Part shown: positions 12,511-21,582 of the stretch, one piece after another | Position numbering within the stretch: the first letter of the stretch is position 1 | Layout: the number at the start of each line of letters is the position of its first letter | Assembly (NCBI GenBank): GCA_963707985.1 | Contig: CAVPRW010000002.1 | Location: forward strand, 132,675 to 196,674 | DNA: 64,000 nucleotides | Reading direction: 5' to 3' | From: an uncultured Nitrospinota bacterium | Lineage (GTDB): Bacteria > Tectomicrobia > Entotheonellia > J063 > CAVPRW01 | Program-made: the position numbers and the translations under genes | The notes under the pieces: model-generated | The model's input: the letters and a program-made list of their open reading frames with translations, nothing else | Databases searched by the model: none | What the model was told of the DNA's origin: nothing

Positions 12511-13598
12511 CTGGATAGGAACACTAATTCTGTGTCCAGACTACTACTTGTTCCAAGACCAATCGGTTCAGCATTTCCACCTAGGATAACTATGTCCAAA
12601 TTTTTCTTCGATGCAGTCTTAACCAAAATTGCGTAATCTCTGAGACTCGCAAGACTGGCTTGCGTGCTCCAAAGACCTGGACCTTTGTGCGAGGCAGCCC
12701 CGACTTGCCCAAATGTCCCAGATAGTCGATGCGTCTTCTCCGCGATCAATCGGGGGTCTGGAGGGAAGACATCCTGTAAATAGGTGCTGGTCTCATACTT
12801 TTTATCCAATAGTCGCCGTAGTTTACTGACAGGAACGGCATAGTAGCGTTGGTACCCTTCAATTCCCTGAACATTGATGCCAATCACCCGGTCTCCCCGA
12901 TAGAGGGGACCACCGCTATTACCTGGAAGGATTGAGGCTGTGTGGACCACCTGAGCGATGTTCGATCGTTCATCTCGCTTGAGCATGCTGATGTTGCCCT
13001 CGGTGATAGACAACCCCTCGCATAAACCGTTTCCCGCCGCCAGCACGCTGTCCCTCACCTCCGCAACGCTTAAATCTCCCAATTGAGCCGTCGCAAAGGT
13101 ATCGCTGGAGTTGATCTTCAGCACTGCGAGGTCGTTCTCAGGGTCATAAACTTTCAGGTGGGCGACGTCGTACCTCCGCCCGTCATCAAAGATGACTTCC
13201 CCCCTGAGCGCTCTTTGAGCCACATGGTAATTCGTGACAACGGTGCCGTCCTTCCCAATCACAAAGCCGCTTCCACACCACTGTCGTTGCACGATCTCCA
13301 CCCCGTTTCCAGTGGGTTTCCCTCGATTATCAAACCTCACTCCTGACCCAAACACATAACCCACCATACGCAGCGAGACTGTGGTTCGCCGCAAGTATGG
13401 ATTCGGAGGAAATTTTGCCGTGCCACCACTATCCACGGTCACAGCGGTAGCGCTGTGACCAGCTCTAGGGTCACTCCCTGCATAAGCTTGGAGTCCCATG
13501 AGAATGCCGACGAACAGCGTACAGGCAAGCATTCGGGCCATTGCGGCAGCGGCCGCTGCTACTTTCTGTTCATTACGGATCATTAACGCTTTCGTCAT
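12471..13598 (-). CDS. Trypsin-like S1C serine protease, C-terminus probably truncated by the adjacent IS
   Basis: GSGFVI, VTNYHV, DLAVLKI, PGNSGGPL catalytic triad; signal-like N-terminus. Confidence 0.85.
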   Translation of the reverse strand: MTKALMIRNEQKVAAAAAAMARMLACTLFVGILMGLQAYAGSDPRAGHSATAVTVDSGGTAKFPPNPYLRRTTVSLRMVGYVFGSGVRFDNRGKPTGNGVEIVQRQWCGSGFVIGKDGTVVTNYHVAQRALRGEVIFDDGRRYDVAHLKVYDPENDLAVLKINSSDTFATAQLGDLSVAEVRDSVLAAGNGLCEGLSITEGNISMLKRDERSNIAQVVHTASILPGNSGGPLYRGDRVIGINVQGIEGYQRYYAVPVSKLRRLLDKKYETSTYLQDVFPPDPRLIAEKTHRLSGTFGQVGAASHKGPGLWSTQASLASLRDYAILVKTASKKNLDIVILGGNAEPIGLGTSSSLDTELVFLSSERILSCPDLVHT

Positions 13599-13789
13599 GG
13601 CCTCGCTCCTCCATACAAAATACAGAGTGGCTATTGCTTCCCACTTTCGAATGCTCCGAGATACCGATTGCGTTATCATCATGAGTTTCCCCCTCCTGGC
13701 TCTGGGCTCAGTTCATCTCAAGCTTCCTGAGAGTAGTTCTACGGTCGCTCGCTTTAAATTTCACAGCGATGCTGGGTATGCTGAAGCGG

Positions 13790-14151
13790 GCCATGTCACA
13801 CCATCACGTTGGTCTGGTAGCCGGTCGTCGTGATCGCTGTCCTGACCAAGACGCTCCTGGCCGTAACCGGAGTGCCGATTCAGGTACCTCATGCGCTCGC
13901 GGGCGCCAGGGGCGTCTCGGAGGCACATCGTCCGCCACGAGGTGGGGCAAACTGCATGGACTGCACGGCAGGACACCGAGGATGGAAGCCGCCCAGACTT
14001 GACCCTCGAGGGTCCGTATGGCCCGGCGGAGCCCAGGAGGCATCTAGTCTGCCTGACCAAGGCGACAGTGGGCAAAGCCTTGCCGCCGTTCGATGTCGAG
14101 GCTAACCGCCGCCTGATCGAGCACCGTGGTATCGAGGCCGCCACTCCATAG
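13790..14151 (+). pseudogene. Transposase remnant
   Basis: RHIVRHEVGQTAWT..; VCLTKATVGKALPPFD..NRRLIE resembles the degenerate LTN..Y..R..IE segment of IS4-clan DDE transposases. Confidence 0.5.
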
Positions 14152-14823
14152 GTGACGGCGGGTCAGCCGGTGGGCTGGATGCTGAGGTGGGCGCCAGGCC
14201 TCGGGACCGGCAAGCCATGTTGGCCTCATCCCGACTCACAGGTCAGGGTTGAGCCTTCTAGGGGACGCGCAGTTGCGCCCTTAAAAACTCTTGACACGCG
14301 GCTCACGGTGTGACACGGGCTGAGCGCGCATTATCCTCTTATTTCTTGCTTGGCCAAGAGCCGAGTCCCATGGGCGTTCGACTCATCCCAAACCATATTC
14401 TGGTGAAGCCGCAACTTCTGCCCCTTACCTCGTCCCTCACCGATGGGCGGCGTCTGGGGTATGGCGCTACGTCTATCCCAAGGGGTGCCGTGCCTTTCTG
14501 AGGCTGCTCCACCCTGGGTTGAGAGGTCTATGCCTAAGCCGACACCACGTGGGTTTCGTTCGAGGGCACCGAGACCGACGCCTGCGCGGCATAGACTGCT
14601 ATGGGTGGATACAAGGGTGACGAACAGGCCATGCTCGTGCGTCCTCGTCCGGAACGAGCCGAGAGGCGACAGATGCCACAGCGCAGTGGGGGGGCGATCG
14701 AGCGAACCCCACCGAGGCGTGCTGAGGTGTGAGATGCGGCCAAGGATATCGTGCGCCGTCGGAGGTCTGAGCAGGGGCGTGTGACATGCCGGAAGGAATC
14801 TCCAGGGGGGCCATGCGGGCTTT

Positions 14824-15062
14824 CTGGGGTAGGTTTTTTAGAGAGTGGATTGCAAGCCATGGCAAGACAACCCTCCTTGGGCCATACTGTGGGTTTCCAC
14901 ACACCCCAGTCACCCAAGGAGGACAACGATGTCTTGCCAGAGTCGTCTTGACGAATGGACCACCGGTATTCGCACACATTTACCCACGTTACGCAAACCC
15001 CAGGCCACCGTCTTGGCCCTGTGGAGCCTGGGGATGGTGCTCGCCCGCTCGTGCGCCCTGAC
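14824..15062 (+). mobile_element. Left end and N-terminal fragment of an IS4-clan element
   Basis: End-like CTGGGGTAGGTTTTTT at 14824; RBS AAGGAGG; MSCQSRLDEWT..HLPTLRKPQATVLALWSLGMVLARSCALT, then abrupt break. Confidence 0.65.
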
Positions 15063-15489
15063 GGATCTTCCTCCCTCGCTCTAATGATTTCAATCACTTA
15101 GCTCATTTGTAGGCATGTAATGACTCTAGTGATTTCAAGCACATACGCGGCTATGGGGGAAGATGGGTCAGTTATGGTGGGGAAGACCTCGGGAACACCC
15201 ACGTGTTTGAGGAGTTCGAACTCGTCCGAGGAGAGCAACGACGGGAACTCCGCTTTCAGCGGGCGGGCCAAGTGAAAAGCCTCAATCTGGAGGCTGGCCG
15301 CCTGCAAGGCCTCGAGCTGGAGGATTCTGTCCCATCGACAGTCAAGCCAGCTGATTCCCCGAGCGATGGACAGCTCCAGTCTGGAGCGGGGGCTCTTATT
15401 AGCCAAGAGACACCGCGGTAAATGGCCCGCGCCCCTGCCCTCCCCGCCGATGGCAAAGGTTTGATGGGTCTCTTCGATATCTGCCGAGT

Positions 15490-15518
15490 TTGACATACAC
15501 ACTTCTGGTATGTATGAT
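15490..15518 (+). promoter_or_regulatory. sigma70 promoter of the TA operon with overlapping operator-like inverted repeat
   Basis: TTGACA-17 nt-TATGAT; ACATAC-N9-GTATGT inverted repeat overlapping both boxes. Confidence 0.8.
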
Positions 15519-15547
15519 GGGCTCATATGAAAGGAGGGTAGATCACT

Positions 15548-15793
15548 ATGCATCGGCGGATCAACATCACCTTGCCAGAGGAGACCCTGGATCTGATTGA
15601 TCGGGCCGTCCACCCCAGCAACCGCAGCCGTTTTATCGATGAAGCCATCAAGCACTACATCGCGGAAAGAGGTCGAAGCAATCTCAGGCAGCAATTGAAG
15701 GAGGGAGCTATCCGACGCGCCCAGCGGGATCTCACCCTGGCCGAAGAGTGGTTCGCCCTTGATGAAGAGGCATGGCAAGACGCCCGCAGGTAG
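15548..15793 (+). CDS. Ribbon-helix-helix antitoxin (MazE/NdoAI-like)
   Basis: MHRRINITLPEETL..NRSRFIDEAI RHH pattern; overlaps the toxin start. Confidence 0.85.
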   Translation: MHRRINITLPEETLDLIDRAVHPSNRSRFIDEAIKHYIAERGRSNLRQQLKEGAIRRAQRDLTLAEEWFALDEEAWQDARR

Positions 15794-16143
15794 CGCGCCC
15801 CAAACGGGGCGAGGTGTACCTCATGAACTTTGATCCCACCATCGGGGCGGAAATCCAGAAGACCCGCCCAGCCTTGATTGTGCAAAACGACATCGCCAAC
15901 CGCCACAGCCCCATCACCATCGTTGCCGCCATCAGCTCGCAATTTGACGAAACCGTCTATCCTACCGAGGTCCTGATCCGGGCCCCGGAAGGAGGCCTCA
16001 CCGTTAATTCGGTTGTACTTCTCAACCAAGTCCGCTCGGTCGATAAGCGCAGACTTATACGCCGTCTCGGGATGTTGACCCCAGCGACTATGGAGCGTGT
16101 GAGCCGTGCGCTGCAGATCAGCTTTGGGATGGTAGACATATAG
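15772..16143 (+). CDS. mazF: PemK/MazF family endoribonuclease toxin
   Basis: PKRGEVY..FDPTIGAEIQKTRPALIVQND, NQVRSVDKRRL. Confidence 0.93.
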   Translation: MARRPQVARPKRGEVYLMNFDPTIGAEIQKTRPALIVQNDIANRHSPITIVAAISSQFDETVYPTEVLIRAPEGGLTVNSVVLLNQVRSVDKRRLIRRLGMLTPATMERVSRALQISFGMVDI

Positions 16144-16167
16144 GCTCCTTTTGATGAGGCCTTGGCA

Positions 16168-16263
16168 ATGAAAATCTCGTCAGTCACTCGTCGAGACATT
16201 ATCGACTCACTAGTCGCCGAAAACCTCGAAAGGAGTCCCGCGTCCAAGCGGCAGCTGGGATGA
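16168..16263 (+). pseudogene. Possible N-terminal stub of an AbiJ-NTD-type protein
   Basis: MKISSVTRRDIIDSLVAENL then unrelated sequence and a stop; resemblance judged from memory. Confidence 0.4.
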
Positions 16264-16282
16264 CGCCGCGAGTATAAACGGC

Positions 16283-16450
16283 GAGCTGGAAGTGGATGGC
16301 GGCGTCGACCTGCAGACGGCCCCGCTGGCGGTGCAGGCCGGAGCCGACGTGTTAGTGGCCGGCACCGCCATTTTTGCCGACAAAGATGGACCGAAAGCAG
16401 GATTGTTGCGCCTTATGCAGGCGATTCAGTGAGTCGAAGGCCCACCTTCG
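16283..16450 (+). repeat. Direct repeat copy 2 (displaced rpe 3' end; putative attR)
   Basis: Encodes ELEVDGGVDLQTAPLAVQAGADVLVAGTAIFADKDGPKAGLLRLMQAIQ*; same 150-nt length as 9911-10060. Confidence 0.9.
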
Positions 16451-16487
16451 ACGATGCGATGTCCGGCCACGCCGCTTCACCACCGCT

Positions 16488-17552
16488 TCACATGTTGAAC
16501 CGAATATATCGGTCTTCTTGGTCGGCATCCTCTTTCGAATAGCTGACAGCATGCACCTGATCGCCGGCACGGTTCTTCAAGGTGATTGTCCCACCTTTAT
16601 TGCCGAGCTGCGCTCCGTTTCCCGATAAGATCACGCGGCGGGATTCGCCAGCGGGCAAGAGCAGGCCGCTCAATACGTCGGCCTTGTTGTTCTTATCGAC
16701 AATGCTCCAGCCGGTCAAGTCCACTGAGGCCACCGTGGTGTTCCCAATCACGACGACTTCGTTCCCTGGCTCGTTACCTTCAGGGTTGATAAGCGCTCTT
16801 TCGATGTACACGACTGGATGGGTGACAGGCGTTGACTTACCGTCGTCCGGATCGGGAATACCGCCCGCCGGAATCGGCTTGGCTCCCGGTGAGCGGTGCC
16901 CTGTAACTTTGTCTGTCGGCAGCCACTGCGTCGCAAACCTGAGAAAGAGTCCGACGTATCGCGAGCCGAATTTCAGAATCAACCCCCCATCCTGAAACAC
17001 GCCATTATCCTTTGCAAATGAACCAGGATTTGGATTGCCCTGGTTCATATGGATGTCGTGCACTCCCTGAACCGTGTGAAACTCGCGATCGATCGGCCGT
17101 GGGTCAGGCGGTCGGCCAGGCTCCGGGAATTTGGCGCCAAATGCAAATAGCTCGCCTCCCTGATCATGCAGTTGCTTCAGGTAGGTGACCAGCACGTCTT
17201 GCAGATCATCGTCGGCACCGGGGCCAGAAGGCGGGATGGCGACTCCGGTCGGCCAATCGAACAGCGGCGCCCGAAAGTAGTCCAGGGCTGAGGTCGCCGC
17301 ACGTGCGGAGGGCGGAAGTAACGTAAACCCGGCGGCGACTTGTGGCAATGCAGCTAGGAGGGCATGGCCCTGCAATGGGTCTGCCCGGTGAAAGATCAGG
17401 CGCGACTGGTCTGCGGACAACACATTGACCGGCACGCGCCATGCCTGGTTACGACCATCCACCACCCGAATCTGTAGATGCGGCGTGCTCAGGTCATCCT
17501 CACGCTTGAAGACATCGACATGTCCTCGCAAGACTCCGTATTGCTGCAGCAC
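16488..17552 (-). CDS. DUF2278 (YukJ-like) protein with C-terminal lamin-tail domain
   Basis: YGVLRG, GVHDIHMNQGN, DNGVFQDGGL; LTD-like IERALINPEG..VDLTGWSI.D..LGNKGGTITL; GTG start after GGAGG. Confidence 0.85.
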   Translation of the reverse strand: MLQQYGVLRGHVDVFKREDDLSTPHLQIRVVDGRNQAWRVPVNVLSADQSRLIFHRADPLQGHALLAALPQVAAGFTLLPPSARAATSALDYFRAPLFDWPTGVAIPPSGPGADDDLQDVLVTYLKQLHDQGGELFAFGAKFPEPGRPPDPRPIDREFHTVQGVHDIHMNQGNPNPGSFAKDNGVFQDGGLILKFGSRYVGLFLRFATQWLPTDKVTGHRSPGAKPIPAGGIPDPDDGKSTPVTHPVVYIERALINPEGNEPGNEVVVIGNTTVASVDLTGWSIVDKNNKADVLSGLLLPAGESRRVILSGNGAQLGNKGGTITLKNRAGDQVHAVSYSKEDADQEDRYIRFNM

Positions 17553-17673
17553 GATTGTGCCCTCCTGGCTCAATGATGGCAGTTTCACAGCGTTCAAGAC
17601 ACTGAGAGACTTGCCGCGTCCAACTTCGATGTATTCGGGGCTACGCGACGTCTAGCCGACGTGACAGTGTAAG

Positions 17674-17688
17674 GCAAGTGCTATGCCA
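17674..17688 (-). promoter_or_regulatory. sigma54 -24/-12 promoter
   Basis: TGGCAT-AGCAC-TTGC about 120 nt upstream of the DUF2278 gene. Confidence 0.6.
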
Positions 17689-18006
17689 CACTGGAGTACT
17701 CAGGAAAAGCCTTTGAAAAAATTTGCGGTATCCGATTTTGGCCGCCAACGATATGGCTAGCAGCTGTCCAGGGCTAAACAGCAGGGATGCCTCAGCGTCT
17801 GGGAACGTTCGCGATGGCACAACTGTTCCGGAAGGGTGGCCTGTGGTCAGATTTGACATGCATGGTCAACCATACACGACTCTGGACCGTAGATGAATCT
17901 CGGCTCAGCTTGGGAACCTTTTCTGTGACTGCATCGTTGTGAGAGATGTCCCTGCGCATGGTTCACGGTAGACGCCAAATCCCGATGCTGGAGCTTCGAC
18001 TATAGG

Positions 18007-18474
18007 CTATACCTCGGTGATCTCGGCACTCCATTCGACCTGAATACCTCGTTCCACGGACTGCGATACCGGACACCGCGAATGGTGTAATGCCAGGGAA
18101 CGCTCGGCTTGCGCGCGCTTCCCCTGGGGGATTTGCAACTTATATTTGATGTGGACTTTGGTGAGGAGAAGTACCTTGTTCTCTCCCTCCTCAATGTCTC
18201 CCTCTACCTCGGTTTCCAACGAACCACCGTAGGCCGCGATGTGACGCGCTTCCAGCGCGCCGGCAAGAGTGCCGGTCATTCAAGAGCCGATAGCGGCGAC
18301 GACATGATCAATGGTCGTTGGAAGTTCCTCTTCGACCGTCGCCCCATACCACGCCTTGACTCCACCATGCATGCCGGTGCGAATGGGTTCCGGAAATGGT
18401 TCGACGAAGGCTTGCTTGACGGTCGGCTGCTCAGGAACAATGTGCACTTTGGAGCGATAGACGATGTCTCCCAT
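18007..18474 (-). CDS. OsmC-like selenoprotein (Sec at TGA 18282-18280)
   Basis: Two in-frame ORFs joined by one TGA: VAAIGS-U-MTGTLAGALEAR; second Cys in SRCPVSQS; downstream hairpin. Confidence 0.85.
18243..18261 (-). promoter_or_regulatory. Putative bacterial SECIS element
   Basis: GGCGCGCT-GGA-AGCGCGTC hairpin; loop starts about 27 nt after the TGA. Confidence 0.6.
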
Positions 18475-18529
18475 AGTGGATTCTCCTTATTGGGGAATGC
18501 ATACAGTCAGCCTCGCCTATGCTCCTGCG

Positions 18530-19300
18530 TTATGCAGGTCCAGGCTTTTTCTGTAACTTGAAAGCCACCGAATAGGGACGGGTGTTGCTGTTCTTGAGCT
18601 GGCGTGCGGTCTTCGCGAGGTGATAGCGCTCTGCCGTAATCCTCGGTTCGTCAAAGTCGACCACGACGAACCCTGCCGCCGTGAAGGCCTTCCAGTAGTC
18701 TGACAGCGGTCGATGAAACCAGATGAACTCCGAGGTGAAGTGGGCCCATGGCGGAGCGCTGCATGTCCGCGACTCGAAGTATGGAAAGCTCCATCGATAA
18801 CAGATCTCTTCCCCATCTTCCGACACGGTGGCACGGCCTTGGGGGAAACACGGATGGGAGAAGACTAGCACCGACACCCCACCAGGTTTCAGGACACGGT
18901 TGAACGCGGCCATGGTGCCCCGGAGGTCGGGAGTATCCATCAGCACATAGTTGGCGATGACCAGATCATAGTGCGTGCTATCGACGCTCGCAAGTTTGGA
19001 GCAGTCATCCACCCGGAAGTCCAGGCTGGGATACATGCCCCGGGCAATGAGGATCATCTGCTCGGAGAAGTCGACGCCCGTCACGAGGGCTCCTCGGTCA
19101 TAGAGTTTTTTCGATAAATACCCGGTGCCGCAGCCGGCGTCGAGCACCGTGCGCCCATTGACGTCACCAGCAAATGCCCACAACACCGGGTCGGAATTGA
19201 GGATGCGGTTATCGTCCCCGTCATCACCCACTTGTATCCGCCAATCATTCGCCAACCGGTTCCATAGGGCTCGGGCATCTTCATGCTCGTGATCGCTCAT
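18530..19300 (-). CDS. Class I SAM-dependent methyltransferase
   Basis: VLDAGCGTG, GVDFSEQM, RVLKPGG, SHPCF, FHRPLSDY. Confidence 0.92.
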   Translation of the reverse strand: MSDHEHEDARALWNRLANDWRIQVGDDGDDNRILNSDPVLWAFAGDVNGRTVLDAGCGTGYLSKKLYDRGALVTGVDFSEQMILIARGMYPSLDFRVDDCSKLASVDSTHYDLVIANYVLMDTPDLRGTMAAFNRVLKPGGVSVLVFSHPCFPQGRATVSEDGEEICYRWSFPYFESRTCSAPPWAHFTSEFIWFHRPLSDYWKAFTAAGFVVVDFDEPRITAERYHLAKTARQLKNSNTRPYSVAFKLQKKPGPA

Positions 19301-19443
19301 CGGTCGTTTTCCTGGCTATGCGGGTTGAAGGGAGGTTTCATGGCTTTGGCCTTCGCATACGACTGTACGTTAGGGGCATGAATAGACGACCTGTAGGGAT
19401 TATCGTGGTTATCGGACACTGGAGGCCCCATTGCTGCTGGCAG

Positions 19444-20283
19444 CTAATGCTCAAAGGCATGGAAAGCCAAGCGAATACCGATCAACATCAGCCCAGTCGC
19501 AAGGATGAGGTTGATGCTCCGCCCTGAGAGGTATTGTGACAGCCGGGCACCCACTTGGGCTCCGACAATGACCCCGATGCCCAAGAAGAGGGTGCGTCGG
19601 TGACCGTGCACGAAGCTCCCAGCCAGTAGGTGCGACACGCTGCCGATGCTGCTCATGATCAGCAACATGAACTGCGACGTTGCAGTCGCTACATACAGTG
19701 GGAAGTCAAGCAGATAGACCAAGACCGGTACCTGGAAGGGACCGCCGCCGATGCCAAACATGCTGGAGATCCCGCCAATCATCAGACTGAGGAGTACACC
19801 CAGCCGATTGCTGAACGAATAGCTGTAGGTTGTTCCCTTAAAATCGATCAGCGTATGGGTTACATGATGGCGAAAGACGCGTGGGGACCGCTGCCTGGGG
19901 GTTGGCCGGACGAGGATAAAGGTGGCGAGGGCGAGGACCAGGACGCTGAAGAGCAGGTCGAAGAGCTGGCGGGACAGCAGACTGGTGGCATAGGCACCGA
20001 GCACGGCACCTGGGACAGTCGCGGCGCCAAATAAGAGACCCGCCCGGTAATCGATACGATGCATGTGTCCGTAGGCGAGTACGCCGGAGAGAGCATTCAA
20101 GAACACCACCGCAAGGGAGATACTGGCAATGTTGCTGGGTGCCTCGTGCGGGTAGAGCAACAATAACGCCGGTACTAAGAGAACCCCCCCGCCCGCACCG
20201 ATCAGCGTTCCATAGGCCCCGACCGCAGCGCCCAGTAGCGTTAGCAGCGGATACGTCCAGTTCACAATGAAACTCTCCGGCAT
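19444..20283 (-). CDS. TauE/SafE (TSUP) family transporter
   Basis: GTLIGAGGGVLLVP, FGIGGG, ATATSQF; multiple TM helices. Confidence 0.88.
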   Translation of the reverse strand: MPESFIVNWTYPLLTLLGAAVGAYGTLIGAGGGVLLVPALLLLYPHEAPSNIASISLAVVFLNALSGVLAYGHMHRIDYRAGLLFGAATVPGAVLGAYATSLLSRQLFDLLFSVLVLALATFILVRPTPRQRSPRVFRHHVTHTLIDFKGTTYSYSFSNRLGVLLSLMIGGISSMFGIGGGPFQVPVLVYLLDFPLYVATATSQFMLLIMSSIGSVSHLLAGSFVHGHRRTLFLGIGVIVGAQVGARLSQYLSGRSINLILATGLMLIGIRLAFHAFEH

Positions 20284-20648
20284 CAATCTTTCCAGGGGAT
20301 GAGCAGTGCGATGCCGGCGACGATAGCCATCACACCGATGAGCCGCTTCATGACAGCTGCCGGCAGCAGATCGACCGTCATCACGCCCATCAGTCCCCCC
20401 ACGAGGCTGCCAAGGGTTAACGCCAGGGTGGCCCCCCAAGGAATTCCGCCGGAGAGGTGCCGGTAGACCCCCAATGCCAGGAGATATCCCAGCCCCCCAA
20501 TGACGGAGAGCGCCACACCTTCTTTCGGAGGGAATTGCAACACGAGTAGCAACATGGGAGCGGTGATCAATCCCCACCCGATGGCGGTGCTCGAGGAGAT
20601 GGCACCTGCCACCAGACCTAGGACGGCCAGCTTGACGTAGAGATCCAT
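20283..20648 (-). CDS. Half-size TSUP family membrane protein (121 aa)
   Basis: GLVAGAISS..AIGWGLI.APML; about 4 TM helices; stop overlaps the next start. Confidence 0.7.
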   Translation of the reverse strand: MDLYVKLAVLGLVAGAISSSTAIGWGLITAPMLLLVLQFPPKEGVALSVIGGLGYLLALGVYRHLSGGIPWGATLALTLGSLVGGLMGVMTVDLLPAAVMKRLIGVMAIVAGIALLIPWKD

Positions 20649-20932
20649 AGAGCGTTTCTCAGCCTCCACCCGGCATACCACGATCGTGCATGTTGAAGCT
20701 GCGGTCGTTCCCAGCTTTTGACCGCTCCCCCCGTCAGCTCTGCCACGTAATCCTCGACAAAGCATGAGGAAATGATCGCTCTCACTGCCTGTAGCTTCGC
20801 AGAAAATGCTAATAGTGTCCAACTCTTTCTGGTGCCACCAGGAACCGCATCGCGGCAGCCACCTGGTCACCCAAAAGCGGTGACGCCGCCGGTATACGCC
20901 GGGAGCTGGGAAGGTGGCGGAAAGGGGGTCGT

Positions 20933-21568
20933 CTATGTGCCGCGCAGAATCTCTTCCAGACATATGAAGCGGTTCGGCAATGGTGTGGCCCACAACCAGG
21001 AAGCGTTCATCCAGAAGCCTAGCAAGACCTCTGAACTAACTTGGCCTGCAGTAATGATCTCTTCCACATAGCCTTCTGCCCGGCGTCGATCTACCAGGAG
21101 CCGACGTAGCTCCGCATCGATAAACCAGACTTCTCCCACACCCGCCTCACGATAGATCAGGCGTTTATCACGAAGGTCATAGCGACGATTGGACGGCGAC
21201 AGGACCTCGACCACTAGCTCCGGCACGCCGTCGAATTCTTTGGGCAGCGGCATCGGCACGCGTTCTTGGCGGATGAAGAATACGTCGGGGGCGCATTTGC
21301 GGCCGGGAGCGAGGTGGATCAGGGAGTCCGGGCCCAGCACGACACCCAGCTCCTTTGCATCGCTGTAAAAACTCATCAACCCCCTTGTAAATCCACCGAT
21401 ATGGTCATGTTCTATTGATGCCGGTGAGTGCACGATCATCACTCCATCAAGCAATTCCGCCTTGGTGTCCTCGTCGACGAGCTCATCAAACATCTCCTCG
21501 GTGACGTCGTAGACCTGAATCATATACGGCAGATCGATGCTTCTAAGGTCATGTGTGACTTCAATCAT
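20933..21568 (-). CDS. Uma2 (DUF820) family endonuclease
   Basis: ELLDG, SPA..H, PDVFF, PELVVEVLSPS, K..IY..AGV.EVW.ID. Confidence 0.9.
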   Translation of the reverse strand: MIEVTHDLRSIDLPYMIQVYDVTEEMFDELVDEDTKAELLDGVMIVHSPASIEHDHIGGFTRGLMSFYSDAKELGVVLGPDSLIHLAPGRKCAPDVFFIRQERVPMPLPKEFDGVPELVVEVLSPSNRRYDLRDKRLIYREAGVGEVWFIDAELRRLLVDRRRAEGYVEEIITAGQVSSEVLLGFWMNASWLWATPLPNRFICLEEILRGT

Positions 21569-21582
21569 GGCTCGGGACTCCG

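Noticed and set aside
14300..14820. Long non-coding stretch as group II intron or ncRNA
   Set aside because: No recognisable intron domain V, RT or RNA motif; lies between IS remnants
15098..15480. ORFs 15203-15421 (+) and 15098-15778 (-)
   Set aside because: No recognisable motifs, and the longer one overlaps the antitoxin and its promoter
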